A stretch of 64,000 nucleotides of DNA, from sequence record SRR20825019_1004; one strand, written 5' to 3'. Position 1 is the first letter of the stretch; every line of letters starts with the position of its first letter. Below are positions 39,268 to 47,393 of this stretch, piece after piece. The notes under the pieces are model-generated. The model was not told where the DNA came from. It saw only the letters and a program-made list of their open reading frames with translations, and made no database searches. The position numbers and the translations under genes are program-made.

Positions 39268-39365
39268 ATAACGTCATATCAATAGTCTCCAACGGAAACC
39301 TGCCTTACAAAATTGAGACAATTCAGAATGCTTTATTGTTAAAGGATGTTAAAATAAGTTTTGCC

Positions 39366-39391
39366 TGTAACATTCCTGAACCTACGGCGTC
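39366..39391 (+). promoter_or_regulatory. Putative ECF-sigma promoter (TGTAAC-N16-CGTC) of the TonB-type receptor gene
   Basis: Bipartite motif ending about 52 nt before the ATG. Confidence 0.65.
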
Positions 39392-39401
39392 TTAAAAGTG
39401 A

Positions 39402-39432
39402 CATCAATCATCAATCAATCATCAATCAAAAA
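39402..39432 (+). repeat. CATCAAT/CAAT short tandem repeat in the 5' UTR
   Basis: CATCAAT CATCAAT CAAT CATCAAT CAAAAA. Confidence 0.8.
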
Positions 39433-39443
39433 ACGAACTACTC

Positions 39444-41894
39444 ATGAGACATGTGAGCTTTCTAGTTGCACTATTGCTGTGCATGACATCCCCTTTTTTA
39501 ACTTTTGCCAATGATCCGAACGATGCCCTGGGCGTCATCAATGGTAAGGTTATCGACGAAATTTCCAACGAACCTGTAGCTTATGCTGCTGTTGTCATTA
39601 AATCGGAAGATGGTTCCCAGACCATTACAGGTGGAATTACCACAGAAGATGGAAGCTTTGAAATCAACAAATTGCCCGACGGTACATTTATTTTTGAAGT
39701 ACAGTACATTGGCTACAAAACATATTCCCAAAAATTAGTGATCGCCAAGGGCAAACGGACCCTTGATCTGGGCACCGTAGCCCTAGTTGAAGAAACCAAA
39801 GAACTCGAGGGCGTGGAGCTGGTAGCAGAACGCACCACTATTGAGCAGCGCGTAGACCGCAAAGTAATCAACGTGGGCAAAGACTTGACTACTGCAGGTG
39901 CCTCGGCTTCCGACATTATGAACAATATTCCATCCGTAAACGTGGATTCCCAAACAGGTGATATTACACTTAGGGGCAACTCAAATGTACGTGTCATGGT
40001 CGACGGAAAATTGTCTAATGTTCCCGTAGCACAGCTGCTCAAGCAAATCCCATCAACAGCCATTAAATCCATTGAACTGATTACCAATCCATCCGCCAAG
40101 TACAATCCCGAAGGAATGAGCGGCATCATCAATATTGTATTGCACAAAAATGCCAACATCGGTTTTAATGGAAACGTAAACCTTGGGCTCACCAAGGGCA
40201 TCGAAGCCAAATTCAATAGTTCTATTGATATGAACTACCGTAACGGAAAGTTCAACTTTTATGGAAATTATGGCAACAATATAGGTAAATGGGTGAACGA
40301 TGGAAGCATTCTTCGTGTAGACGAAAACTCACGCCAAAAGTTTGACTTTTTCAACAATAACAAGTCGCACCTGTACAAATTAGGAGTGGATTTTTACCTG
40401 AACGATAAAAACACCATTTCCTTTTTTACCAACCAAAATATCTATGAAGGTGAAGGTACGGGAGAGACTGCAGTTTTATATTTTAATAATCCTTCTCGAA
40501 ACGTGACGCAATTGTTCCTGGACGACTCAAACAATAGCAGTGAGCAGTATAATTTCGACTATAAACTCGATTTTAATAAAGAAGGCCATAACATAGAACT
40601 GGAAATAGACCACAACTTATTTGACAGTGAACAGGATGCTGATTTTAGATCTGTCGGCGCCTCAACCTATCCAGATTATATGGATTTTGTGGACACCGAG
40701 CGTACCCAGACCACTGCCAATTTGGATTATGTGAATCCGCTGGACAGTATTTCCAAACTGGAACTGGGTCTACAATCCAGAAATTTTGAGACCATTGTGG
40801 ATTATTCTTCCACTGGGCAATCTTTTAATTCCAATGGGGATTTGGCACCTACGCCCTCCACTAAATTTGTATATGACATGGATATTTATTCGGCCTATGC
40901 AACTTTTGGACAGACCTACGAAAAATGGTCCTACCAAATGGGCGTGCGTATCGAGGATGTTCAAGTTAAGGCCGATACCAATGCCGTACGTGCGTTTACG
41001 GATGACTATACCGAGATTTACCCCTCTGCATTTATTACCTACCGACCCAATGAAGGTGACCAAGTGCAACTGAGCTACAGCAGACGGGTAGATAGACCTG
41101 GTCTACAACAAGTAAACCCCATCCGTGAGTTTGCAACGCCATTGATCTCTTCTTTTGGAAACCCAAATTTGGTACCTCAGTTCACAAATTCTTATGAAGC
41201 GAACTACACCAAAAGAATAAAAAATGGAAGTATTACCGGAGGTGTCTTCTATAGAAGCATAACTGATGAAATCAACCGAGCTATCTATGTGGACCGCTTG
41301 GACTTGAACAAGACCATCCTGACCTTTGATAATTTTGACAAAACATCTGCCTACGGGGTAGAACTCTCTACCAATTACAAACCTTTAAAATGGTGGAGCA
41401 TCAATGGAAGTTTTGACCTGTTCTCTCAAACCCAAAGGGGGTTGACCGAAACGCTGAACACAACTGACCCAAATCCGAGCGAGGAAGATATTGTGGAACA
41501 ACGGGTAAAGGTAGACAACACGGCTTGGAACCTGAGAATGAACAACAGCTTTACCGTTACCAAGGCATTAACGCTACAAGCTTTCGGTTTTTACCGTGGA
41601 AGAAACAAGAGCATACAGTTCAATGCGGACCCGATGTATTTTGTGAATTTGGGCGCTCGCTACAGCTTTGCTGAAGGTAAAGGAACACTGAGCCTTAATT
41701 ACAACGATATTTTCAACACCATGCGATTTGCTTTCGAGGGCGATTATCCTTTTGCGCAAGAGGGTGCCTTTAACTGGGAAAGCAATAATGTATATCTAGG
41801 TCTTTCCTATAGATTTGGAAGCGGTAAAAACCAAGCCAAACAACGTAAACGTAGGGACAACAACACCAAGCAAGGTGGCGGTGGTATCCTCTAA
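39444..41894 (+). CDS. TonB-dependent receptor-like outer-membrane beta-barrel protein
   Basis: Signal peptide, carboxypeptidase-regulatory-like N-domain, plug motif IELITNPSAKYNPEG, YSRRVDRP, barrel ending YRFG plus a basic tail. Confidence 0.92.
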   Translation: MRHVSFLVALLLCMTSPFLTFANDPNDALGVINGKVIDEISNEPVAYAAVVIKSEDGSQTITGGITTEDGSFEINKLPDGTFIFEVQYIGYKTYSQKLVIAKGKRTLDLGTVALVEETKELEGVELVAERTTIEQRVDRKVINVGKDLTTAGASASDIMNNIPSVNVDSQTGDITLRGNSNVRVMVDGKLSNVPVAQLLKQIPSTAIKSIELITNPSAKYNPEGMSGIINIVLHKNANIGFNGNVNLGLTKGIEAKFNSSIDMNYRNGKFNFYGNYGNNIGKWVNDGSILRVDENSRQKFDFFNNNKSHLYKLGVDFYLNDKNTISFFTNQNIYEGEGTGETAVLYFNNPSRNVTQLFLDDSNNSSEQYNFDYKLDFNKEGHNIELEIDHNLFDSEQDADFRSVGASTYPDYMDFVDTERTQTTANLDYVNPLDSISKLELGLQSRNFETIVDYSSTGQSFNSNGDLAPTPSTKFVYDMDIYSAYATFGQTYEKWSYQMGVRIEDVQVKADTNAVRAFTDDYTEIYPSAFITYRPNEGDQVQLSYSRRVDRPGLQQVNPIREFATPLISSFGNPNLVPQFTNSYEANYTKRIKNGSITGGVFYRSITDEINRAIYVDRLDLNKTILTFDNFDKTSAYGVELSTNYKPLKWWSINGSFDLFSQTQRGLTETLNTTDPNPSEEDIVEQRVKVDNTAWNLRMNNSFTVTKALTLQAFGFYRGRNKSIQFNADPMYFVNLGARYSFAEGKGTLSLNYNDIFNTMRFAFEGDYPFAQEGAFNWESNNVYLGLSYRFGSGKNQAKQRKRRDNNTKQGGGGIL

Positions 41895-41952
41895 AATAAA
41901 TTGATGCTTCATATTCGAGTGTTGGTTGGTTATCTTGTGTTAGCATCAATCA

Positions 41953-41982
41953 AAAACCCCTGTCCGTTTGGACCGGGGTTTT
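41953..41982. terminator. Bidirectional terminator
   Basis: AAAACCCC...GGGGTTTT between convergent genes. Confidence 0.8.
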
Positions 41983-42008
41983 ATATTTAATTATATAAAG
42001 GTTGGTAT

Positions 42009-43019
42009 CTACCAACGAATGATGACACTTCCCCAGGTAAAACCACTACCAAAGGCCGCAAGTACTACCAAATCACCTTCTCTGATTTTTCCGGCTTCCC
42101 AAGCCTCGGTCAATGCAATAGGAATGGAAGCCGCTGTGGTATTACCGTACTTCATAATATTATTGAATACCTGTTCATCCTTCAATTTAAACTTGTTCTG
42201 GATGAATTGGGAGATTCTAAGGTTCGCCTGATGTGGAATTAGCATATCAATATCGGTCGGGGCCAAATCATTTTTACCGAGTCCTTCCATAATTACCTCA
42301 CTGAATCTGACCACTGCATTCTTGAAAACAAATTGTCCGTTCATATGTGGATAATAAGAGGTATCCTCGGGGTCTTTATCTTCGATAATATCGGTGACCC
42401 AACGTTTGCCCATTCCGGGCGCTATCAGTGAAAGCTCCTCAGCATGTTGTCCTTCGGAATGCAAATGGGTAGAAAGGATTCCTTTGGATGTATCCTCTTC
42501 CCTGGTCAAAACGGCTGCTCCCGCACCATCACCAAAAATAACGGATACTCCCCTGCCCCTTGTGGTCATATCCAGACCACGGGAATGCAGTTCAGAACCA
42601 ATGACCAGTACATTTTTGTACATACCGGTTTTAATATATTGGTCGGCCACGGAAATTCCGTAAACAAAACCGGAACATTGGTTTCTCACATCCAAGGCAC
42701 CAACGGTTCTTTTTAGGCCAAGATCACGCTGCACCAATACACCGGGCCCAGGGAAATAATAATCGGGGCTAAGGGTCGCGAAAACAATAAAGTCAATATC
42801 ATCCTTATCGATACCCGCACGCTCGATGGCCCTCTTGGCAGCCTCAACTCCCATAGAAGTTGTGGTTTCAGTATCTTTTAGAACATGACGCCGCTCCTTA
42901 ATTCCCGTACGCTCTTGTATCCATTCATCATTCGTGTCCATCACTTTTGACAAATCGTCGTTAGTGACCACATTTTCAGGGACGTAAAATCCCAATCCCG
43001 ATATTCTTGAGTTATACAT
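42009..43019 (-). CDS. fabH: 3-oxoacyl-ACP synthase III family protein
   Basis: NQCSGF (Cys), IFGDGAGA, PHQAN (His) and GNTTAAS (Asn). Confidence 0.92.
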   Translation of the reverse strand: MYNSRISGLGFYVPENVVTNDDLSKVMDTNDEWIQERTGIKERRHVLKDTETTTSMGVEAAKRAIERAGIDKDDIDFIVFATLSPDYYFPGPGVLVQRDLGLKRTVGALDVRNQCSGFVYGISVADQYIKTGMYKNVLVIGSELHSRGLDMTTRGRGVSVIFGDGAGAAVLTREEDTSKGILSTHLHSEGQHAEELSLIAPGMGKRWVTDIIEDKDPEDTSYYPHMNGQFVFKNAVVRFSEVIMEGLGKNDLAPTDIDMLIPHQANLRISQFIQNKFKLKDEQVFNNIMKYGNTTAASIPIALTEAWEAGKIREGDLVVLAAFGSGFTWGSVIIRW

Positions 43020-43115
43020 TTCTAATTGCTTAAGTATTGAATCTTTAAAAAACTCTTGGCTAATTAACGGAAAATTAAAAAATATATCCTAAGAACTGCA
43101 TATTTATTAAGGCTT

Positions 43116-44426
43116 TTAGCGGATGTACTGCTCAAAATGGTTCACATTTACCTTAGCCTTAAGGTCATGCAATAGATTGTAAAGCCCAAAAAACGTACGA
43201 TTTATATATAAAAAGTGTTTTGACCCCCTGTTCCCGTTCATCTTTCGGATTTGTTCATCTTTGGAGTAGCGTTCACTGAGGTTTGCAATTTTCGACCAGA
43301 AACCTTCATCACCAAAATCAAAAGTTTCTTTATGGAAAGGAGAAGTGAAAATAGTCAGCATTTCTTTGAAAAGCGCCTTAAAAAATTTCAGCTCTTCTTC
43401 TGAGTCGGTCGGTGTCAAGATTTCCAGTTCGTACAATTTTTCCATGAAGATTTTATCATTATTGATGTTTTCCTCTTTTGCCAACTCAAAATACGGTACA
43501 TAAAAATCATGTGGAATCTGCTTGATGCAACCAAAATCGATGGCTATCAACTTAGCATCATCACTTACCAGAAAATTACCGGGATGCGGGTCTGCATGTA
43601 CCCTTCTCAATTTATGAATCTGGAACATATAAAAATCCCAGAGGGCTTGGCCCAGTGTATTCCCAACTTCAGGCTCAAAATCGGTTTGTGTAAATTCTCC
43701 CAAATGCATTCCATTCATCCAGTCCATCGTTAGAATACGTTCACTGGACAACTCTCGATAATATTTAGGAAATTGCATGTTTGGAATCACGGAACAGGCG
43801 GTGGTAATCTCGTCGCTTTGCTCCAATTCCAAGATATAATTGGTCTCTTCGATGAGTTTATGCTCAACTTCCTTGAAATATTTTTCGGAGTCCTTCCCCT
43901 TCAAGTTGAACATTTTAATGGCCACAGGCTTCACCAAGGCCAAATCACTACTTATACTTTCGGCAACACCTGGATATTGGATCTTGACCGCCAATTTTTT
44001 GCCATCCTTTTCTGCGCGATGAACCTGGCCTATACTGGCAGCGTTCACGGAATCCTTTTCAAATTCGTCAAAAATCTCTTCAGGATATTTGTCCAAATAT
44101 TTTTTGAAGGTCTTACGAACCAAGGGTGCGGACAACGGAGGCACAGAAAATTGGGAAAGTGAAAACTTTTCCACGTATGCCCTTGGCAAGAGGTTCTTTT
44201 CCATGCTGAGCATTTGGGCCACTTTGAGCGCACTACCCTTTAGACTTTTGAGTCCATCGTAAATATCCTCTGCATTGTCTTGGTCCAACATATCCTTGGA
44301 GGTTTGCGGGTCTACGAGCTTTTTACCATAGTATTTCACATAGTTTCCTCCGATCTTGACCCCGGTCTTCACCAATTTTCCGGCGCGTTCTATTTTCCCA
44401 GTGGGAATCGTATCCAACCTTTTCAT
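43116..44426 (-). CDS. ABC1/AarF/UbiB family atypical kinase
   Basis: AASIGQVH, VKIQYPG, HADPHPGN and DFG motifs. Confidence 0.95.
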   Translation of the reverse strand: MKRLDTIPTGKIERAGKLVKTGVKIGGNYVKYYGKKLVDPQTSKDMLDQDNAEDIYDGLKSLKGSALKVAQMLSMEKNLLPRAYVEKFSLSQFSVPPLSAPLVRKTFKKYLDKYPEEIFDEFEKDSVNAASIGQVHRAEKDGKKLAVKIQYPGVAESISSDLALVKPVAIKMFNLKGKDSEKYFKEVEHKLIEETNYILELEQSDEITTACSVIPNMQFPKYYRELSSERILTMDWMNGMHLGEFTQTDFEPEVGNTLGQALWDFYMFQIHKLRRVHADPHPGNFLVSDDAKLIAIDFGCIKQIPHDFYVPYFELAKEENINNDKIFMEKLYELEILTPTDSEEELKFFKALFKEMLTIFTSPFHKETFDFGDEGFWSKIANLSERYSKDEQIRKMNGNRGSKHFLYINRTFFGLYNLLHDLKAKVNVNHFEQYIR

Positions 44427-44431
44427 GTGTT

Positions 44432-45088
44432 CTATGCGAATTTTTCTTTATAAAGAAATTTTCCAAAGTCAACTATCTTTTCCAACGGTGTACTTTCAAA
44501 AATTTGGAAAACGGTGGTAACGGATTTTTCAATGGCGATGTCGGTTTTCTCCAGACCTGGGGAACCATCTTCCATCCAGAATTTTAAGATAAAAAGAAAC
44601 TGTAACCAAGCGCCTTCGGCAAACAAGGGAGCATTGTATTTAAAAATCTTGTGCTGCTTTTCATCGTTCCTTTCCTCAATGAGTGTGGAAGCAAAATCCT
44701 TGAACTTTTTGCGAAGACCTTTTAATTGCATCAATCCTTCCAAAGAATATTTATGCTCTTTCATTATAAAAAGGACATAACTCCTATTTAGTGTCAGGTT
44801 TTCAAAAAAGGTAAAGAAAAAGGTCAACATTTTTTCCTCGTTGGTCATGGATGCGTACTGCTTGTTCTTTTGCATCAAATTATAACTGTTATCAAAGAAT
44901 TTGTTCCAGATAATTTGTTGTAAGGACTCGAACGAACCAAAGAATCCATAAAATTCATCTTCCTTGATATCGTGTTCCTTACAGAATTTAAACACCGAGC
45001 TTGGCACTTTTTCATGCTCCAAAACAGATTCCATGAATAAGCTTATGATTTTGTCCTCGGTAATTTTGGGTTTAGTCGTCTTTGCCAT
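44432..45088 (-). CDS. TetR-like transcriptional regulator
   Basis: N-terminal HTH-like region and helical C-domain; own -7 box TAACTTTG at 45112-45119 (-). Confidence 0.8.
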   Translation of the reverse strand: MAKTTKPKITEDKIISLFMESVLEHEKVPSSVFKFCKEHDIKEDEFYGFFGSFESLQQIIWNKFFDNSYNLMQKNKQYASMTNEEKMLTFFFTFFENLTLNRSYVLFIMKEHKYSLEGLMQLKGLRKKFKDFASTLIEERNDEKQHKIFKYNAPLFAEGAWLQFLFILKFWMEDGSPGLEKTDIAIEKSVTTVFQIFESTPLEKIVDFGKFLYKEKFA

Positions 45089-45140
45089 TTTTGTGTTTTA
45101 TGAAGAGTTAACAAAGTTAGCATTGTGTAATCTAATTCTT

Positions 45141-45176
45141 AAAAGAAAATGCACTTCCTGGCGAAAGTGCATTTTC
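45141..45176 (-). terminator. Orphan intrinsic terminator upstream of the tetR promoter
   Basis: 12-bp stem GAAAATGCACTT/AAGTGCATTTTC followed by TTTT on the minus strand. Confidence 0.8.
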
Positions 45177-45246
45177 ACAACCTAACCAATAAATAAACAA
45201 ACTTGTTATAGTAATACTACTTCATAGCAATTTTTAACCTATAACA
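45141..45246 (-). ncRNA. Candidate small RNA (~105 nt)
   Basis: -7-like TATATTTA at 45250-45257, 5' stem TGTTATAG/CTATAACA, GU-rich linker and terminator; only a 2-codon ORF inside. Confidence 0.5.
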
Positions 45247-45412
45247 CTGTAAATATAATCATTTTGTTTAATCTTTACTAAAATAAAATAAACAAAATTA
45301 TGTTAAAATCTTGTAGACCAGTTAAAACCCCAATGAAATGTCAGTTTGTCAGATTTTGCACTATGGTATTTTTTTTGACTGATCAGCTGTAAAAAGCATA
45401 AAAAACAAAACG

Positions 45413-47299
45413 ATGGCTACAGGTAAAATCAATGTTTCAGTAGAAAATATTTTCCCTCTGATCAAAAAGTTTCTATACAGTGATCACGAAATTTTCTTGA
45501 GGGAACTTATTTCCAACGCTACGGATGCAACCCTTAAATTAAAACACTTAACCTCCATAGGAGAAGCTACGATCGAGTACGGCAACCCAATAATCGAGGT
45601 CAAGGTGGACAAGGACAACAAACGCATCCATATTCTAGACCAGGGTATCGGGATGACCGAGGAGGAAGTAAAAAAGTACATTAACGAGGTGGCTTTTTCC
45701 GGTGCCGAGGAATTTTTGGATAAATACAAGGATGCAGGTAAAGATGCCGGAATCATCGGGCATTTTGGTCTTGGTTTCTACTCAGCGTTCATGGTAGCGG
45801 AGAAAGTAGAGATTATTTCAAAAAGCCACAAAGAAGAACCTGCGGTACATTGGACTTGCGATGGTTCTCCCGAGTTTACCATTGAACCAAGTGACAAAAC
45901 TGAAAGGGGAACGGAAATTATCCTTCACATAGCAGAGGATTCCACCGAGTTTTTGGAAAAGTCAAGAATTCGTGAGCTTTTGGTGAAGTACAACAAGTTC
46001 ATGCCCATTCCAATCAAGTTTGGAACAAAAACGGAAACGCTTCCCAAACCAGAAGATGCCAAAGAAGACGACCCGGCACCAACTAAAGTGGTGGATGACA
46101 TCATCAATAATCCAAATCCAGCATGGACCAAGCAGCCCGCGGACTTGGAAGAATCGGATTATAAGAGCTTTTACAGGGAACTTTATCCTATGCAGTTCGA
46201 AGAACCCTTGTTCCATATCCACTTGAACGTGGATTATCCGTTCAACTTAACGGGTATCTTGTACTTCCCAAAGTTGACAAACGACCTGAGTATTCAAAAA
46301 GACAAAATTCAATTGTACCAGAACCAAGTGTTCGTAACGGACAATGTGGAAGGTATTGTTCCCGAATTCTTGACGATGCTAAAAGGTGTCATCGATTCTC
46401 CGGATATTCCATTGAACGTTTCAAGGTCATATCTTCAGGCTGATGGTGCAGTAAAGAAAATCTCTTCCTACATCACCCGAAAAGTGGCCGATAAATTGAG
46501 CTCACTTTTCAAGAACAACCGTAAGGATTTTGAACAAAAGTGGAACGACATCAAAGTGGTCATCGAGTACGGAATGCTCTCCGAAGATAAATTCTTTGAA
46601 AAAGCCGATAAGTTTGCCCTGTACCCAACAATTGATGGCAATTTCTACACTTTTGAAGAGCTAGAGGCCAAAATCAAGGACAATCAGACCGACAAGGATG
46701 ATAAGTTGGTGGTGCTTTATGCTTCGGACAAAGAGGCACAACATAGCTACATTGAAGCTGCCAAAAAGAAAGGATACGAAATCCTGTTGTTGGATTCACC
46801 GATTGTATCACACTTGATGCAAAAGTTGGAAACATCCAAAGAGAACCTGTCTTTTGTTCGAGTAGATGCCGACCATGTGGACAACCTCATCAAAAAAGAG
46901 GATACGGCAATCTCCAAGCTTTCCGAAGAGGAAAAAGAGAAATTGAAGTCCGAAATCGAAGAGGTGACCAAGGAAAAAGGATATACCATTCAGATGGAGG
47001 CCATGGAAAGCAGCGCTTCTCCATTTATAATCACCGAGCCAGAATTTATGCGCAGAATGAAAGAAATGCAGCGTACAGGTGGTGGTGGCATGTTCGGGAT
47101 GGGCAATATGCCCGATATGTACAACCTTATCGTAAATACCAATCACGAACTGGTAGGCGAAATATTGAATACCAAGACCACAAAAAAACGAGAAAGGTTG
47201 ATCAATCAATCGTTGGATTTGGCACGATTGTCCAAAGGATTGTTGAAGGGTGAAGAACTCACCAACTTTATTGCCCGAAGCTACGAGATGATCAAATAA
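45413..47299 (+). CDS. htpG: Molecular chaperone HtpG (Hsp90)
   Basis: FLRELISNATDA, DQGIGMT, IGHFGLGFYS and PLNVSRS motifs. Confidence 0.97.
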   Translation: MATGKINVSVENIFPLIKKFLYSDHEIFLRELISNATDATLKLKHLTSIGEATIEYGNPIIEVKVDKDNKRIHILDQGIGMTEEEVKKYINEVAFSGAEEFLDKYKDAGKDAGIIGHFGLGFYSAFMVAEKVEIISKSHKEEPAVHWTCDGSPEFTIEPSDKTERGTEIILHIAEDSTEFLEKSRIRELLVKYNKFMPIPIKFGTKTETLPKPEDAKEDDPAPTKVVDDIINNPNPAWTKQPADLEESDYKSFYRELYPMQFEEPLFHIHLNVDYPFNLTGILYFPKLTNDLSIQKDKIQLYQNQVFVTDNVEGIVPEFLTMLKGVIDSPDIPLNVSRSYLQADGAVKKISSYITRKVADKLSSLFKNNRKDFEQKWNDIKVVIEYGMLSEDKFFEKADKFALYPTIDGNFYTFEELEAKIKDNQTDKDDKLVVLYASDKEAQHSYIEAAKKKGYEILLLDSPIVSHLMQKLETSKENLSFVRVDADHVDNLIKKEDTAISKLSEEEKEKLKSEIEEVTKEKGYTIQMEAMESSASPFIITEPEFMRRMKEMQRTGGGGMFGMGNMPDMYNLIVNTNHELVGEILNTKTTKKRERLINQSLDLARLSKGLLKGEELTNFIARSYEMIK

Positions 47300-47325
47300 T
47301 CTTAGTTATTCATAATCAACAACGC

Positions 47326-47351
47326 AAAACCGCTCCAAATGAGCGGTTTTT
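47326..47351 (+). terminator. Terminator after htpG
   Basis: AAAACCGCTC-CAAAT-GAGCGGTTTT. Confidence 0.85.
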
Positions 47352-47393
47352 GCATTTTATGCCTATATTGGATGTACAAACCAATCAAAGACC

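Noticed and set aside
39228-39395. 55-codon ORF (MYNPGTRYRGFFF...) in the intergenic region
   Set aside because: Runs through the terminator and the next promoter and has no protein-like features; probably chance.
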